NCBI RefSeq assembly: GCF_025643275.1
Contig: NZ_CP089977.1
Coordinates: forward strand, 1,800,001-1,832,000
Length of the DNA: 32,000 bases
Origin: Moraxella nasicaprae
GTDB lineage: Bacteria > Pseudomonadota > Gammaproteobacteria > Pseudomonadales > Moraxellaceae
Direction of reading: 5' to 3'
Part shown: in pieces, positions 8,766 to 18,223 of the stretch
Layout of the letters: every line of letters starts with the position of its first letter
Position numbering within the stretch: the stretch's first letter is position 1
Made by a program: the position numbers and the translations under genes
Notes under the pieces: generated by a model
The model's database searches: none
What the model was told of the DNA's origin: nothing
Seen by the model: only the letters and a program-made list of their open reading frames with translations

Positions 8766-11201
8766 TTAGTTTTTGAGTGTTTGCTCATCTGTTTTGCTTG
8801 CCACGATTGGTTTTAGTGGCATTAAAGGAGCGATTAGAGCGGCTTTTAATACCTCTTCAATCGTCTCCACAGGTTCGATAATCAAGCCTTCTTTGACATT
8901 GTTGGGAATTTCTGCTAAGTCTTTTTCATTGGACTTTGGAATCAGTACATGCTTGATACCACCACGATGAGCGGCAAGCAATTTTTCTTTTAGACCGCCA
9001 ATGCGTAGCACTTTGCCACGCAAAGTAACCTCGCCAGTCATTGCAATATCAGCACGAATGGCAATGCCAGTCATCGCAGACACAATGGCGGTGGTCAGGG
9101 CAATACCTGCCGATGGACCATCTTTGGGTGTAGCACCCTCTGGGATATGAATGTGCAGGTCGGTATTCTTAAATTTTTCATATTCAATACCAAAACGCTC
9201 TCCGCCTGCTCGCACCACACTCATGGCGGCACGAATAGACTCTTTCATCACATCGCCCAAAGAACCTGTGAACACCAGCTCGCCTTTGCCTTGCATGGTG
9301 GCGGTTTCGATGGTCAGTAGTTCGCCGCCAACTGAGGTCCAAGCAAGTCCTGTGATACGACCAACCTCGGGTTCTTTTTCTGCCAAGCCATAATCAAACG
9401 GTTTAACACCCAGATAGTCATGAATATTAGCATCTGTGATGGTCAGCGTCTGAGCTGGTGCGGTGGCTGATTTTTTGCCTTTGGTTTTGGGTTGGTTTGC
9501 GTCGTGTTCAACGGCAGTGCGCACCGCTTTTCGGCTGATTTTATTGATTTCTCGTTCCAGATTTCGCACACCAGCCTCACGAGTGTAGTGACGAATGATG
9601 CTGGTGATGGCTTCATCTGTGATGTTAAGCTCATCTTTATTTAGCCCATTTTGCTCCAAGGCTTTTGGCGTTAGATAGTTTTGGGCGATGGCAAGTTTTT
9701 CATCTTCGGTATAGCCAGGCAATCTGATGACTTCCATGCGGTCAAGCAAGGCTGGCGGAATGTTCATGCTGTTGGCAGTACAAATGAACATGACTTGCGA
9801 TAAGTCCAAATCTAGGTCAAGATAATGGTCATTAAAGCCGTTATTTTGTGATGGATCTAGGACTTCTAACAATGCTGATGCAGGGTCGCCACGAAAATCT
9901 TGTGCCATTTTATCGATTTCATCGAGCAAAAATAGCGGGTTTTTGACACCGACTTTGGATAAAGACTGTACAATCTTACCAGGCATGGCACCAATGTAGG
10001 TACGACGATGTCCACGAATCTCTGCTTCATCTCGTACGCCACCTAATGCCATACGCACAAACTTACGCCCTGTGGCCTTGGCGATGCTTTCGCCCAGTGA
10101 GGTTTTACCCACACCCGGAGGACCTACCAAGCACAATACAGGACCACAAATTTTTTTGACACGAGATTGTACCGCCAAATATTCTAAGATACGGTCTTTG
10201 ACATCGTCTAGTCCATAATGGTCTTTATCCAAAGTTTCTTTGGCTTTATCCAGATTGATGGAGACTTTGCTGGATTTATTCCAAGGGGTGTCCAAAATCC
10301 ACTCCACATAGCCACGCACAACAGACGCCTCAGAGGAGGTCGCTGGCATCATTTTGAGTTTTTTGAACTCGCTTTCTGCTTTTTTGCGGACTTCGGTAGG
10401 TAGGTCGGCTTCTTTTAGACGGTTTTCTAGTTCGTTGTCATCGTCATCAGCACCATTGTTCAAATCAGAAAGCTCATTTTTAATGGCTTTCATTTTTTCG
10501 TTCAAAAAGTATTCTCGCTGATTGTTTTCCATCTGCTTGCGAACCGTGTTTTGTAGTTCGTTTTCGATGTTGCGTTCGGTTTTGCTGCTGATGAAATATT
10601 CACTGACGGTGGTGAAATTTTGGGCAAAATCATCGGTTTCTAGCAATGCTTGTTTTTTGTCCAACGCCAAAGTGGTGCGAGTGGCGACAAAATACATCAA
10701 CTCTAATAAGTCATCAATCTTGCTGGCAACACGCACCAATTCTTTGGCATTTCGCAAATTGTTTTCGGCATAATCCTCAAACAGCTCCAACAATAGGTTT
10801 TTGTGTGCCGTGATTTCATCTTGGCTAAGTGTCATTAGCACAGGAGCGGCTTGATATTGAGCAAATAGGCTGTTGGTATCAGTATCAATGATGGCTTGGT
10901 TGAGCTGCGTTCTTTCTAGACCTTCAATCAGCACTTTTAGACAATTTTTGTCCGAATCGTGCGGTATGGTGCTGATGATACGGCAACGAGTGCCAAATTG
11001 GTACAGGTCTTGAATGTCAATCTCTTCGCTGAGCGAATCTTTTTGGGAGACGACCATAATTTGCCCATCGTATTGTTCTTGGGCAAGTTCGATGGCATTG
11101 ACCGACTGTTTTCGACCGACAAATAACGCAATCTGCATTTGTGGATAGACGACCACATCACGGACAGCCAGTAGGGGTAATTGGGCTGGTGCATTCATCA
11201 T
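8766..11201 (-). CDS. lon: ATP-dependent Lon protease
   Basis: 811 aa. It has the LON N-domain start LPLLAVRDVVVYP, Walker A GPPGVGKTS and the catalytic serine motif PKDGPSAG. Confidence 0.97.
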   Translation of the reverse strand: MMNAPAQLPLLAVRDVVVYPQMQIALFVGRKQSVNAIELAQEQYDGQIMVVSQKDSLSEEIDIQDLYQFGTRCRIISTIPHDSDKNCLKVLIEGLERTQLNQAIIDTDTNSLFAQYQAAPVLMTLSQDEITAHKNLLLELFEDYAENNLRNAKELVRVASKIDDLLELMYFVATRTTLALDKKQALLETDDFAQNFTTVSEYFISSKTERNIENELQNTVRKQMENNQREYFLNEKMKAIKNELSDLNNGADDDDNELENRLKEADLPTEVRKKAESEFKKLKMMPATSSEASVVRGYVEWILDTPWNKSSKVSINLDKAKETLDKDHYGLDDVKDRILEYLAVQSRVKKICGPVLCLVGPPGVGKTSLGESIAKATGRKFVRMALGGVRDEAEIRGHRRTYIGAMPGKIVQSLSKVGVKNPLFLLDEIDKMAQDFRGDPASALLEVLDPSQNNGFNDHYLDLDLDLSQVMFICTANSMNIPPALLDRMEVIRLPGYTEDEKLAIAQNYLTPKALEQNGLNKDELNITDEAITSIIRHYTREAGVRNLEREINKISRKAVRTAVEHDANQPKTKGKKSATAPAQTLTITDANIHDYLGVKPFDYGLAEKEPEVGRITGLAWTSVGGELLTIETATMQGKGELVFTGSLGDVMKESIRAAMSVVRAGGERFGIEYEKFKNTDLHIHIPEGATPKDGPSAGIALTTAIVSAMTGIAIRADIAMTGEVTLRGKVLRIGGLKEKLLAAHRGGIKHVLIPKSNEKDLAEIPNNVKEGLIIEPVETIEEVLKAALIAPLMPLKPIVASKTDEQTLKN

Positions 11202-11233
11202 TGTTGTTCCTATTATTATTTATGATATCCGCT

Positions 11234-11261
11234 TTATGGTGGCATTGCCAAAAAATACAAG
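11234..11261 (-). promoter_or_regulatory. sigma32-like heat-shock promoter for lon
   Basis: The minus strand reads CTTGTAT, a 13-nt spacer, then CACCATAA, against the consensus CTTGAAA N13-14 CCCCATnT. The -10 lies about 33 nt upstream of the lon ATG. Confidence 0.4.
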
Positions 11262-11355
11262 TGTTTTCTTGGTGCTGGGGCTAAAAAAATCATCAATCAT
11301 CTGGCGATTTTTTGGAAAAAAGCATGAAAACAAACCAAATAAATCTTACCAAATA

Positions 11356-11394
11356 TTTACCCCAAAGTTACAATCTTGTGCTATTTGGGGTAAA
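11356..11394. repeat. Perfect 11-bp inverted repeat, TTTACCCCAAA / TTTGGGGTAAA, with a 17-nt spacer
   Basis: Read directly from the sequence: arms at 11356-11366 and 11384-11394, in the divergent lon/transporter intergenic region. Confidence 0.6.
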
Positions 11395-11524
11395 GATATT
11401 ATGTAAATGATTGAATTATCATGTTTTTTAATAATGCTTAATGCTTGATAAATTGTTATAATACTGTTTTTTGCCCATAGGTGTATTTGGGCAATGATTT
11501 GTGACATAAAAAAGAGTAATTGTA

Positions 11525-12838
11525 ATGATAAATGCTGTATTGCTTGCCGTCATTGTGATGGTGGGATTGTCGCTTTTGCGAGTGCATGTGGTGCTGTCTT
11601 TGGTGATTGGTGCATTGGTTGGCGGATTGATGGCAGGGTTGTCAATTCCTGATACCTTGACCGCTTTTCAAGATGGTCTAAAAAACGGGGCTCAAATTGC
11701 CTTGTCTTACGCCATGCTTGGGGCATTTGCGATGGCGATTGCTCATTCTGGATTGCCAAAACTGCTTGCCAATAGCATGATTGATAAGATTAAGCATGGG
11801 CAGGGCAGTAGCATCAAGTGGGTACTGTTTGCATTGTTGGTGCTGATGGCGATGGCAAGTCAGAATATTGTGCCTATTCATATTGCGTTTATTCCATTGG
11901 TTGTGCCGCCATTATTGATGGTGATGAATGGGCTAAATCTAGACAGACGAGCGGTGGCGTGTATCTTGACCTTTGGTTTGGTCAATACTTATATGTTTAT
12001 TCCTTATGGATTTGGCGATATTTTTCTTAATCAAATTATCCTAAAAAACATCAATGATGCAGGCATGGCAACAGGCGATGTATCCATGATGCAGACGATG
12101 GCGATTCCTGCACTAGGTATGCTTGTTGGTCTGTTGATGGCGGTTTTTGTCAGCTATCGTAAGCCAAGAAGCTATCAAATGATTACCCCAACCACCAGCA
12201 TTGAGAATACCAAGACGGTCAAAGGTGCTAATGTCATCATCGCTTTATTTGCCATTGTGGTGGCGTTTGTGGCACAGCTTGCGACTGATTCGCTGTTGAT
12301 TGGCTCGATTGTTGGTTTTGCGGTATTTATGGCGACAGGCGTGGTCAAATGGCGTGATGCTAACGATGTATTCAATGATGGCATCAAAATGATGGCGATG
12401 ATTGGCTTTGTGATGATTTGTGCCCAAGGCTTTGCCGAAACAATGAAAGCCACAGGGCAGATTGCCCCTTTGGTCGAGTCAGCAATGCAGATGTTTGGCG
12501 ATAATAAAGCCTTGGCAGCATTGGTCATGTTGCTGGTGGGTCTGATTGTAACGCTGGGCATTGGTTCATCATTTTCAACCGTACCCATCATTGCCAGTAT
12601 CTATGTGCCACTATGTATGGCGATGGGATTTAGCGTGCCAGCAACCATTGCATTGGTTGCAACCGCAGGTGTGCTAGGTGATGCAGGCTCGCCAGCGTCT
12701 GACTCTACGCTTGGTCCAACAATGGGTCTTGATGCTGATGGTCAGCACGACCACATTAAAGATTCAGTAATTCCTACCTTTATCCATTACAATATCCCGC
12801 TCATCATTTTTGGCTGGATTGCAGCGATGGTGCTATAA
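11525..12838 (+). CDS. NhaC-superfamily (YuiF-like, Na+/H+ antiporter family) membrane transporter; substrate unknown
   Basis: 437 aa and highly hydrophobic, with about 11-12 spans. The overall pattern resembles Na_H_antiporter/YuiF-type proteins, but the product call rests on recollection only. Confidence 0.8.
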   Translation: MINAVLLAVIVMVGLSLLRVHVVLSLVIGALVGGLMAGLSIPDTLTAFQDGLKNGAQIALSYAMLGAFAMAIAHSGLPKLLANSMIDKIKHGQGSSIKWVLFALLVLMAMASQNIVPIHIAFIPLVVPPLLMVMNGLNLDRRAVACILTFGLVNTYMFIPYGFGDIFLNQIILKNINDAGMATGDVSMMQTMAIPALGMLVGLLMAVFVSYRKPRSYQMITPTTSIENTKTVKGANVIIALFAIVVAFVAQLATDSLLIGSIVGFAVFMATGVVKWRDANDVFNDGIKMMAMIGFVMICAQGFAETMKATGQIAPLVESAMQMFGDNKALAALVMLLVGLIVTLGIGSSFSTVPIIASIYVPLCMAMGFSVPATIALVATAGVLGDAGSPASDSTLGPTMGLDADGQHDHIKDSVIPTFIHYNIPLIIFGWIAAMVL

Positions 12839-12852
12839 AAAGTGTTTTTGAT

Positions 12853-12887
12853 AAAAAATCCGCTCAACAACTGGGCGGATTTTTTTG
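12853..12887. terminator. Bidirectional intrinsic terminator between the transporter and corA
   Basis: ATCCGC (12858-12863), an 11-nt loop, then GCGGAT (12875-12880). An A-run lies upstream and T7 downstream. Confidence 0.65.
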
Positions 12888-12926
12888 GTGTTTGTGATTG
12901 ATGATGAGAAAAAATTGATGATGTCA

Positions 12927-14165
12927 TCACAGCCAGCCAGCTTTACGAAACTTTTGGTATAAGAACAAACAAATCGCAATCACCGCACCCACGATGATGA
13001 AATAGGCGTATTTAAAATGCAGCTCTGGCATGTAGTCAAAATTCATGCCATAAATACCTGCCACCGCCGTTGGTACAGCAGCGATACCAGCCCAAGCAGC
13101 AAGTTTTCGCACCACATCGTTTTGCCCCATTGTAACCATCGCCATATAGGTATCCATCGCCACTGACAGCATTTCATTTAGTCCATTGACTGCATCGATG
13201 GAGCGTAGTAGATGGTCGTTCACATCACGAAAATAAGGCTTGGCAGCGGCAGGAAATGCAGAAACGAGCTCGTTTTTTTTGTGATTGATGAAAAAATTAC
13301 AGACATCTTGGACGGGTAAGATGACCGCTCGCATGTGTACTAATTGAGATTTTAGCTCATACAGGCTTTTTAGGGTAGATTTGCTAAATTCGTACGAAAA
13401 AATATTGCGTTCTTGTTCTCTTAAATAGTTGCCCAAACGGTCGGTAATCGGCAAGTAGTTATCGACAATAAAGTCCATGATGGCGTGCAGGACAAAGATG
13501 GGTCCTAGTCGCAGTTTTTCTGGTCGTCGATGGCAATGCTCACGCACAGGGGTGTAGGAGTTGGACGCACCACGACGAATGGAGATGATGAAATTTTTAC
13601 CCATAAAGACAGCGGTTGTGCCATAGCGGATTTGGTTATCTTCAAGTTTGGCGGTACGCACGACGACAAAGATGGTGTCATTGCCATAGCTTTCAACTTT
13701 TGGGCGTTGGTGGTCGGCAAAAGCATCTTCTAGGGCAAGTTCATGCAAATCAAAGGCATCTTGGACTTCTTGCACGGTTTCAAAACTGGGGTCATACAAA
13801 CCCAGCCAGATGAATTGACCGTTATTGGTTAAGGCACGACTGACTTCGCTGATGGCAAGTGACTCGATGGGCATGCCTGTTTTACGAGAGTAGGAATAGC
13901 AAACGATGGTTTCGTTATCGCCTGATTGCTCAAAATCTTCCAGACGGTCAGCATCAGGGTCATAGACAGTCATCGTCTCAAAGGTATCTTCGTCTGTTGC
14001 CTCAGAGTCGCCATAGATATAACTGTCTTGGGTGTCGTGAAAGGTTTCTAGACTTTCTTCTTCGTCCTCATCTTTCTCATTGTCCAGTTCTTCTTCGTAG
14101 TCGTGAGCGGTCAAGGGGGTTGCTTGTTGTTCTTGGTAATCAAACTCTTCGTTTTTTTGCATCAT
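12927..14165 (-). CDS. corA: CorA-family Mg2+/Co2+ transporter with an acidic N-terminal extension
   Basis: It has the YGMNF signature before two C-terminal TM helices. I start at the ATGATG at 14160-14165, preceded by AAGGGG, giving 412 aa. The longer ORF-track start at 14303 would overlap the sbcC stop and terminator. Confidence 0.9.
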   Translation of the reverse strand: MMQKNEEFDYQEQQATPLTAHDYEEELDNEKDEDEEESLETFHDTQDSYIYGDSEATDEDTFETMTVYDPDADRLEDFEQSGDNETIVCYSYSRKTGMPIESLAISEVSRALTNNGQFIWLGLYDPSFETVQEVQDAFDLHELALEDAFADHQRPKVESYGNDTIFVVVRTAKLEDNQIRYGTTAVFMGKNFIISIRRGASNSYTPVREHCHRRPEKLRLGPIFVLHAIMDFIVDNYLPITDRLGNYLREQERNIFSYEFSKSTLKSLYELKSQLVHMRAVILPVQDVCNFFINHKKNELVSAFPAAAKPYFRDVNDHLLRSIDAVNGLNEMLSVAMDTYMAMVTMGQNDVVRKLAAWAGIAAVPTAVAGIYGMNFDYMPELHFKYAYFIIVGAVIAICLFLYQKFRKAGWL

Positions 14166-14225
14166 ATTACCCCTTGTGTTTGCCAATATCATATGCCTTT
14201 GAAAAAGCATGCCCAAAAAAGCTAG

Positions 14226-14254
14226 ATTATAGCAAGTTTTGTCATCTTTTTCAT
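14226..14254 (-). promoter_or_regulatory. Candidate sigma70 promoter of corA (extended -10)
   Basis: The minus strand reads ATGAAA, a 17-nt spacer, then TGC-TATAAT. The TATAAT is the complement of 14226-14231. Confidence 0.4.
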
Positions 14255-14301
14255 CAAAAAAAGACACATAATTTGACCCTCTTTGTATTTCATTATGTGT
14301 C
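14255..14301 (-). terminator. Intrinsic terminator of sbcC, overlapping its stop codon
   Basis: On the minus strand, GACACATAAT (complement of 14292-14301) pairs with ATTATGTGTC (complement of 14263-14272) around a 19-nt loop, followed by T7. Confidence 0.65.
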
Positions 14302-17300
14302 AATTAAGTCGTCTGACACCAGCACCGCTCATGATGCTACTACCGCCTGCTTGTTTTTCAAGCACAATTTGGGTGTCAATGCGTTCTTTGAGGCTGGCGA
14401 CATGACTGATGATGCCAATGCTTTTACCATCTTGTTGCAATTCAAAGAGTGTATTTAATGCGATGTCCAGCGTGTCCTCGTCCAGCGTACCAAAACCTTC
14501 GTCCAAAAATAGCGAATCAATATGGATTTTGCGACTATTGATTTGTGACAAACCAAGTGCTAATGCCAAACTGATGATGAAACTTTCGCCGCCTGATAAG
14601 TTCTTGCTGCTACGAACCGCACCGCCTTGATGAATATCCATGACAAGCACTTCTAGGGCTTTTGGGTTGTCGCCATCGTGCATCAAGACATAGCGGTCAC
14701 TCATTTTTTTGAGTGCTTCATTGGCGTGATACAGCACCAAATCAAGCGTCAGACCTTGTACAAAGTTGCGATATTTTTTGCCATCTGCTGAGCCAATCAG
14801 AGCGTCTAGTTTTTCCCAGATGGCGTTATGCGTGCCTTGTTCTGCGATTTTTTCGGTCAATCTGACCTTTTCTTCACGCTGATGTTGCTCATAAGTTTGC
14901 TGGTTGCTTAGCTCGCCAATGCGTTGATTAAGCCGACTTTGTTCTGCCTGCAAAGCGATGATTTCATTGCCTAGGGCATGGTTATCTTGACTGGCTAGTG
15001 CTGGGTTTTGTGCCAACAGTTGAGCCTGTTTGTGCTGACTGTTTTGTAAGCCGACACGGATTTGTTGATGAGTTTTTTCCAAGATTTGTGCCTGTGATGA
15101 TAATTGCTCAAAACTTTCATCATCAAGGCAAGCCGCCAAAAAGTAGGTCTCGTCCGCAAAATCAGACAAAGCCAGCCGTTCTTCAAAGTCAGTTTTGCTG
15201 GCATTGATTTTGTTGGCAAGTGTTTCTCTTAATTGCGTACCATGCTCAATATCTGATAATAGTTTATTTAAAATATCTAAACTTTTTTGATGCTGTTCTT
15301 GATGTTTATCTAAGGATTGTTGAGCCAGTGTGATGGCAGATTGTAGCTGATTTTCCACCTGTTCGCTGTCATCATCACCAAATAAAGAATGCCGCTCCCA
15401 AGTCAGCTGTTGATACTGATTATCGATGGCTGATAAAGCGGCTTGGCTTTCTGTGATTTTTGGCAATAGGGCAGACAGTCTGTCTTGCTGCTGTGTGCAT
15501 TGGGTGTTTAGCTTGGCAAGCTGCTGATTGGCATCTGCTTTTGTGCGAGCCAAAATCTGCTGATTGTCATGGATTGATGTTAGTTTTTGCTTAATGTTTT
15601 CAAGTTGATTTAGACAATCAAGAGTGAGTGTTTCATCAAAAATCAGTCGGTAATGTTGTAGATTTTGAGCAAGCTGTATCCAATCATTGTTTGTGTTGCC
15701 TGATGGTAGATTGATTAGCTGTTCTTGAATATGATGGCAATATTGATTGGCGTTATGCACCAAACTTGGCAAAAGAGGTGTGATGCCAAATTGCTCTGGC
15801 AGATTTATGCCAAGTTTGTGCAGATACAAAGCAAGTGCGTCAAGATGTGTGCTGATGCCTTGTTGGGTGCTGGCTAATTGTTCCATCATTTGCCCTCGCA
15901 GGGTTTGCAGGCGTTTTCCCTCATCTTCAATGCTGTAAATCTTGCTTTCATGAAGCCTAATGTTGGCGTCGGTCTGCATTAGAGCATGAATGCTTTTTTG
16001 AGCGTCATCGATGATTTTTGTTCGTTGTTCATTTTTTCTTAATATTTCATCAAGTTTGACCATGACATCATCTTTGGGCGGCAGATTGCCGGCAACATGA
16101 ATTTGCCAAATTTGGCTCATTTGTGCGTGTAGGGCTTGCTGTTTATTTTTTAAATGGGTTTGCTGGTCTTGATGGTTTTGTGCATCGATAGAAAGGCAAA
16201 TTTCCTTTTTTTCTAACAAAATCCATTGTTCTTGCAGTTGAGTTAGTTCTTGCTCTTTGGTGCTAAGTGCTGTCTGAGCTTGCTGTATGTTTGTCTGGGT
16301 TGCATGAGGTGGATTATCCTTATATGGATGATGGTCTGAACCGCACAAAGGGCAGGGCTTGCCATCTTGCAATTCGTCAAACAAAGATTGTAGATGAACG
16401 ATTTGTTTTTGTTGCTCGGCAATCTTGGCAAGTAGTTTGTATTCGTGCTGAGCATCTTCTATGATTTTATGTAGATTTTCTTTATCATTTTTTAGGGTTT
16501 GTTGCTCAATGCTTAATTGGGATAATTTGACATCAATGGTGTTTTGCTCATCATCAAGGTTGTGATATTGCTCATAGATACGCAGAACATCTTTGATATT
16601 TTCTTCAATATCATGCTCGGTATTGGCTGTTTTTTGCAGTAGATTTAGTGCATTTTGATAATCTGATGTGGTTGGATTTTGTATGGTGTCATCAAGATTG
16701 AGTAAGCCATTAAGCGTCTCAACAAGCTGTATCCGCTTGTTATGGTCATGGTTTTTTGCTGTGCTAAGCTGTTTGTGTTCATCAATCAGTTTGGCTCTTT
16801 GGGTAAGATTATCCAGCAGGTCGCCGCCCAAGCGATTGGCTTGCAAGATATTCTTATCCAGCTGCTCTATGTGGTTTTTTAGCTGAACAAAATCAGCCTC
16901 ATATTGATTGATATTATTTAGCAGATATTTAATATCCGTATCATCTAGACTTTGTTTTTTGATGTCATCAAGCTGTGATACGATGCGTGCTTGCTCCTGT
17001 TGAGATTGAGTTAGTTCTTGCTCGGTTTTGGTTTTTTCTTGGATTTGTTCATGCAAAATGCCACTGATATTGGTTTTGTTTTGTTCCACCAGTTTTAATT
17101 GACCATCTAGGCTACGAACTTGGGCGATGATGGGTTTTTTGGCTTCGTAGGCTTGTTGGCAGGCGTGTAGCTGTTCTTTGGCAGTCTTGAATGCCAGTCG
17201 CTGGTGTTCGTGGGTCTGTTTGATGGGTTCTAATGCATTATTTAGCTGATTAAGTGATTGATTTTGCTCATCATATTCTTGTTGATGTCGTTGATATTCT

Positions 17301-18205
17301 TGATAGATGGGCAGGATTTTTTGGGCAGATTTGGCGGCATCAAGTTTTTGCTGATTAAAAGCAAAGGCATCGATTGCCAGTTGATTTTCGGTCAGTTGTC
17401 GATGAAAATCTTCAATTTCTTGACCAAGCGTCTGATAAGTTTGCCAAAGTCTTTGTTTTTCTTGGGTATTTTGAAGCGTTTGAGCAAGTGTTTTTTCTTG
17501 TCTGCTAGTATCGATAAGTTCTTGATTTAATTGATGAAATTCTTCATCGGTCAAACATTGAATTTCATTAAGTTGAGCGGTCAGTAGTTTTAGTTGCTGA
17601 TTTTGAGCCTTGTTTTTTTCAAAAGCCGCCTTGCTGATGTCCGCATAAATCTGCGTGCCTGTGATTTGTTCCAAAATCTCACCACGGTCTTTGGCATCAG
17701 ACTGCAAAAACGCTGCAAAATTACCCTGTGCCAACATCACAGAACGGGTAAATTGCTCCTTATTCATGCCCAAAAGTTCTTCAATGGCTTTTTTGACCTG
17801 ATTAGCTTTTTCTTCTAAGATTTTGCCTTCGTTGTCATCAGGGTGTTTTAGTTTGGCAAGCTCTTTGCTGACGGCTTGCAGTTTGCCATCAGCTTGTTGT
17901 TTGGCACGCTTTTGCGACCAAAATGCCCGATAAATCTGCCCATCAATCTCAAAAACCACTTCGCTGCTGCTGTGTGCTGTACCGATACTCATCAGCTCAT
18001 TTTGTGTGGCGGAAATATTGTCAATACGAGGTGTTTCGCCATACAATGCCAAGCAAATGGCATCTAAAATGGTTGTTTTTCCAGAGCCTGTGACACCTGT
18101 GATGGCAAAGATGGCATTACCATAAAAGGCAGGGTCGGTAAAGTCGATTTGCCATTTGCCTTTGAGTGAATTGATGTTTTCAAAGCTAAGTTTTAAAATT
18201 TTCAT
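14300..18205 (-). CDS. sbcC: Nuclease SbcCD subunit C (Rad50-like SMC ATPase)
   Basis: 1301 aa. The N-terminus MKILKLSFENINSLKGKWQIDFTD...FAITGVTGSGKTTILDAICLALYGETPR closely resembles E. coli SbcC as I remember its sequence. A central CPLC zinc hook lies at about aa 618 (nt 16337-16354). The C-terminus has the signature LSGGESF and Walker B LFLDEGFGTLD. Confidence 0.95.
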   Translation of the reverse strand: MKILKLSFENINSLKGKWQIDFTDPAFYGNAIFAITGVTGSGKTTILDAICLALYGETPRIDNISATQNELMSIGTAHSSSEVVFEIDGQIYRAFWSQKRAKQQADGKLQAVSKELAKLKHPDDNEGKILEEKANQVKKAIEELLGMNKEQFTRSVMLAQGNFAAFLQSDAKDRGEILEQITGTQIYADISKAAFEKNKAQNQQLKLLTAQLNEIQCLTDEEFHQLNQELIDTSRQEKTLAQTLQNTQEKQRLWQTYQTLGQEIEDFHRQLTENQLAIDAFAFNQQKLDAAKSAQKILPIYQEYQRHQQEYDEQNQSLNQLNNALEPIKQTHEHQRLAFKTAKEQLHACQQAYEAKKPIIAQVRSLDGQLKLVEQNKTNISGILHEQIQEKTKTEQELTQSQQEQARIVSQLDDIKKQSLDDTDIKYLLNNINQYEADFVQLKNHIEQLDKNILQANRLGGDLLDNLTQRAKLIDEHKQLSTAKNHDHNKRIQLVETLNGLLNLDDTIQNPTTSDYQNALNLLQKTANTEHDIEENIKDVLRIYEQYHNLDDEQNTIDVKLSQLSIEQQTLKNDKENLHKIIEDAQHEYKLLAKIAEQQKQIVHLQSLFDELQDGKPCPLCGSDHHPYKDNPPHATQTNIQQAQTALSTKEQELTQLQEQWILLEKKEICLSIDAQNHQDQQTHLKNKQQALHAQMSQIWQIHVAGNLPPKDDVMVKLDEILRKNEQRTKIIDDAQKSIHALMQTDANIRLHESKIYSIEDEGKRLQTLRGQMMEQLASTQQGISTHLDALALYLHKLGINLPEQFGITPLLPSLVHNANQYCHHIQEQLINLPSGNTNNDWIQLAQNLQHYRLIFDETLTLDCLNQLENIKQKLTSIHDNQQILARTKADANQQLAKLNTQCTQQQDRLSALLPKITESQAALSAIDNQYQQLTWERHSLFGDDDSEQVENQLQSAITLAQQSLDKHQEQHQKSLDILNKLLSDIEHGTQLRETLANKINASKTDFEERLALSDFADETYFLAACLDDESFEQLSSQAQILEKTHQQIRVGLQNSQHKQAQLLAQNPALASQDNHALGNEIIALQAEQSRLNQRIGELSNQQTYEQHQREEKVRLTEKIAEQGTHNAIWEKLDALIGSADGKKYRNFVQGLTLDLVLYHANEALKKMSDRYVLMHDGDNPKALEVLVMDIHQGGAVRSSKNLSGGESFIISLALALGLSQINSRKIHIDSLFLDEGFGTLDEDTLDIALNTLFELQQDGKSIGIISHVASLKERIDTQIVLEKQAGGSSIMSGAGVRRLN

Positions 18206-18223
18206 GATATTTTGCTTGGAATA

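Noticed and set aside
13859-14458. 199-aa + strand ORF spanning the corA/sbcC junction
   Set aside because: It is antisense to two well-supported genes and crosses their terminator. The translation is Arg/Leu/Ser-rich with no recognisable domain.
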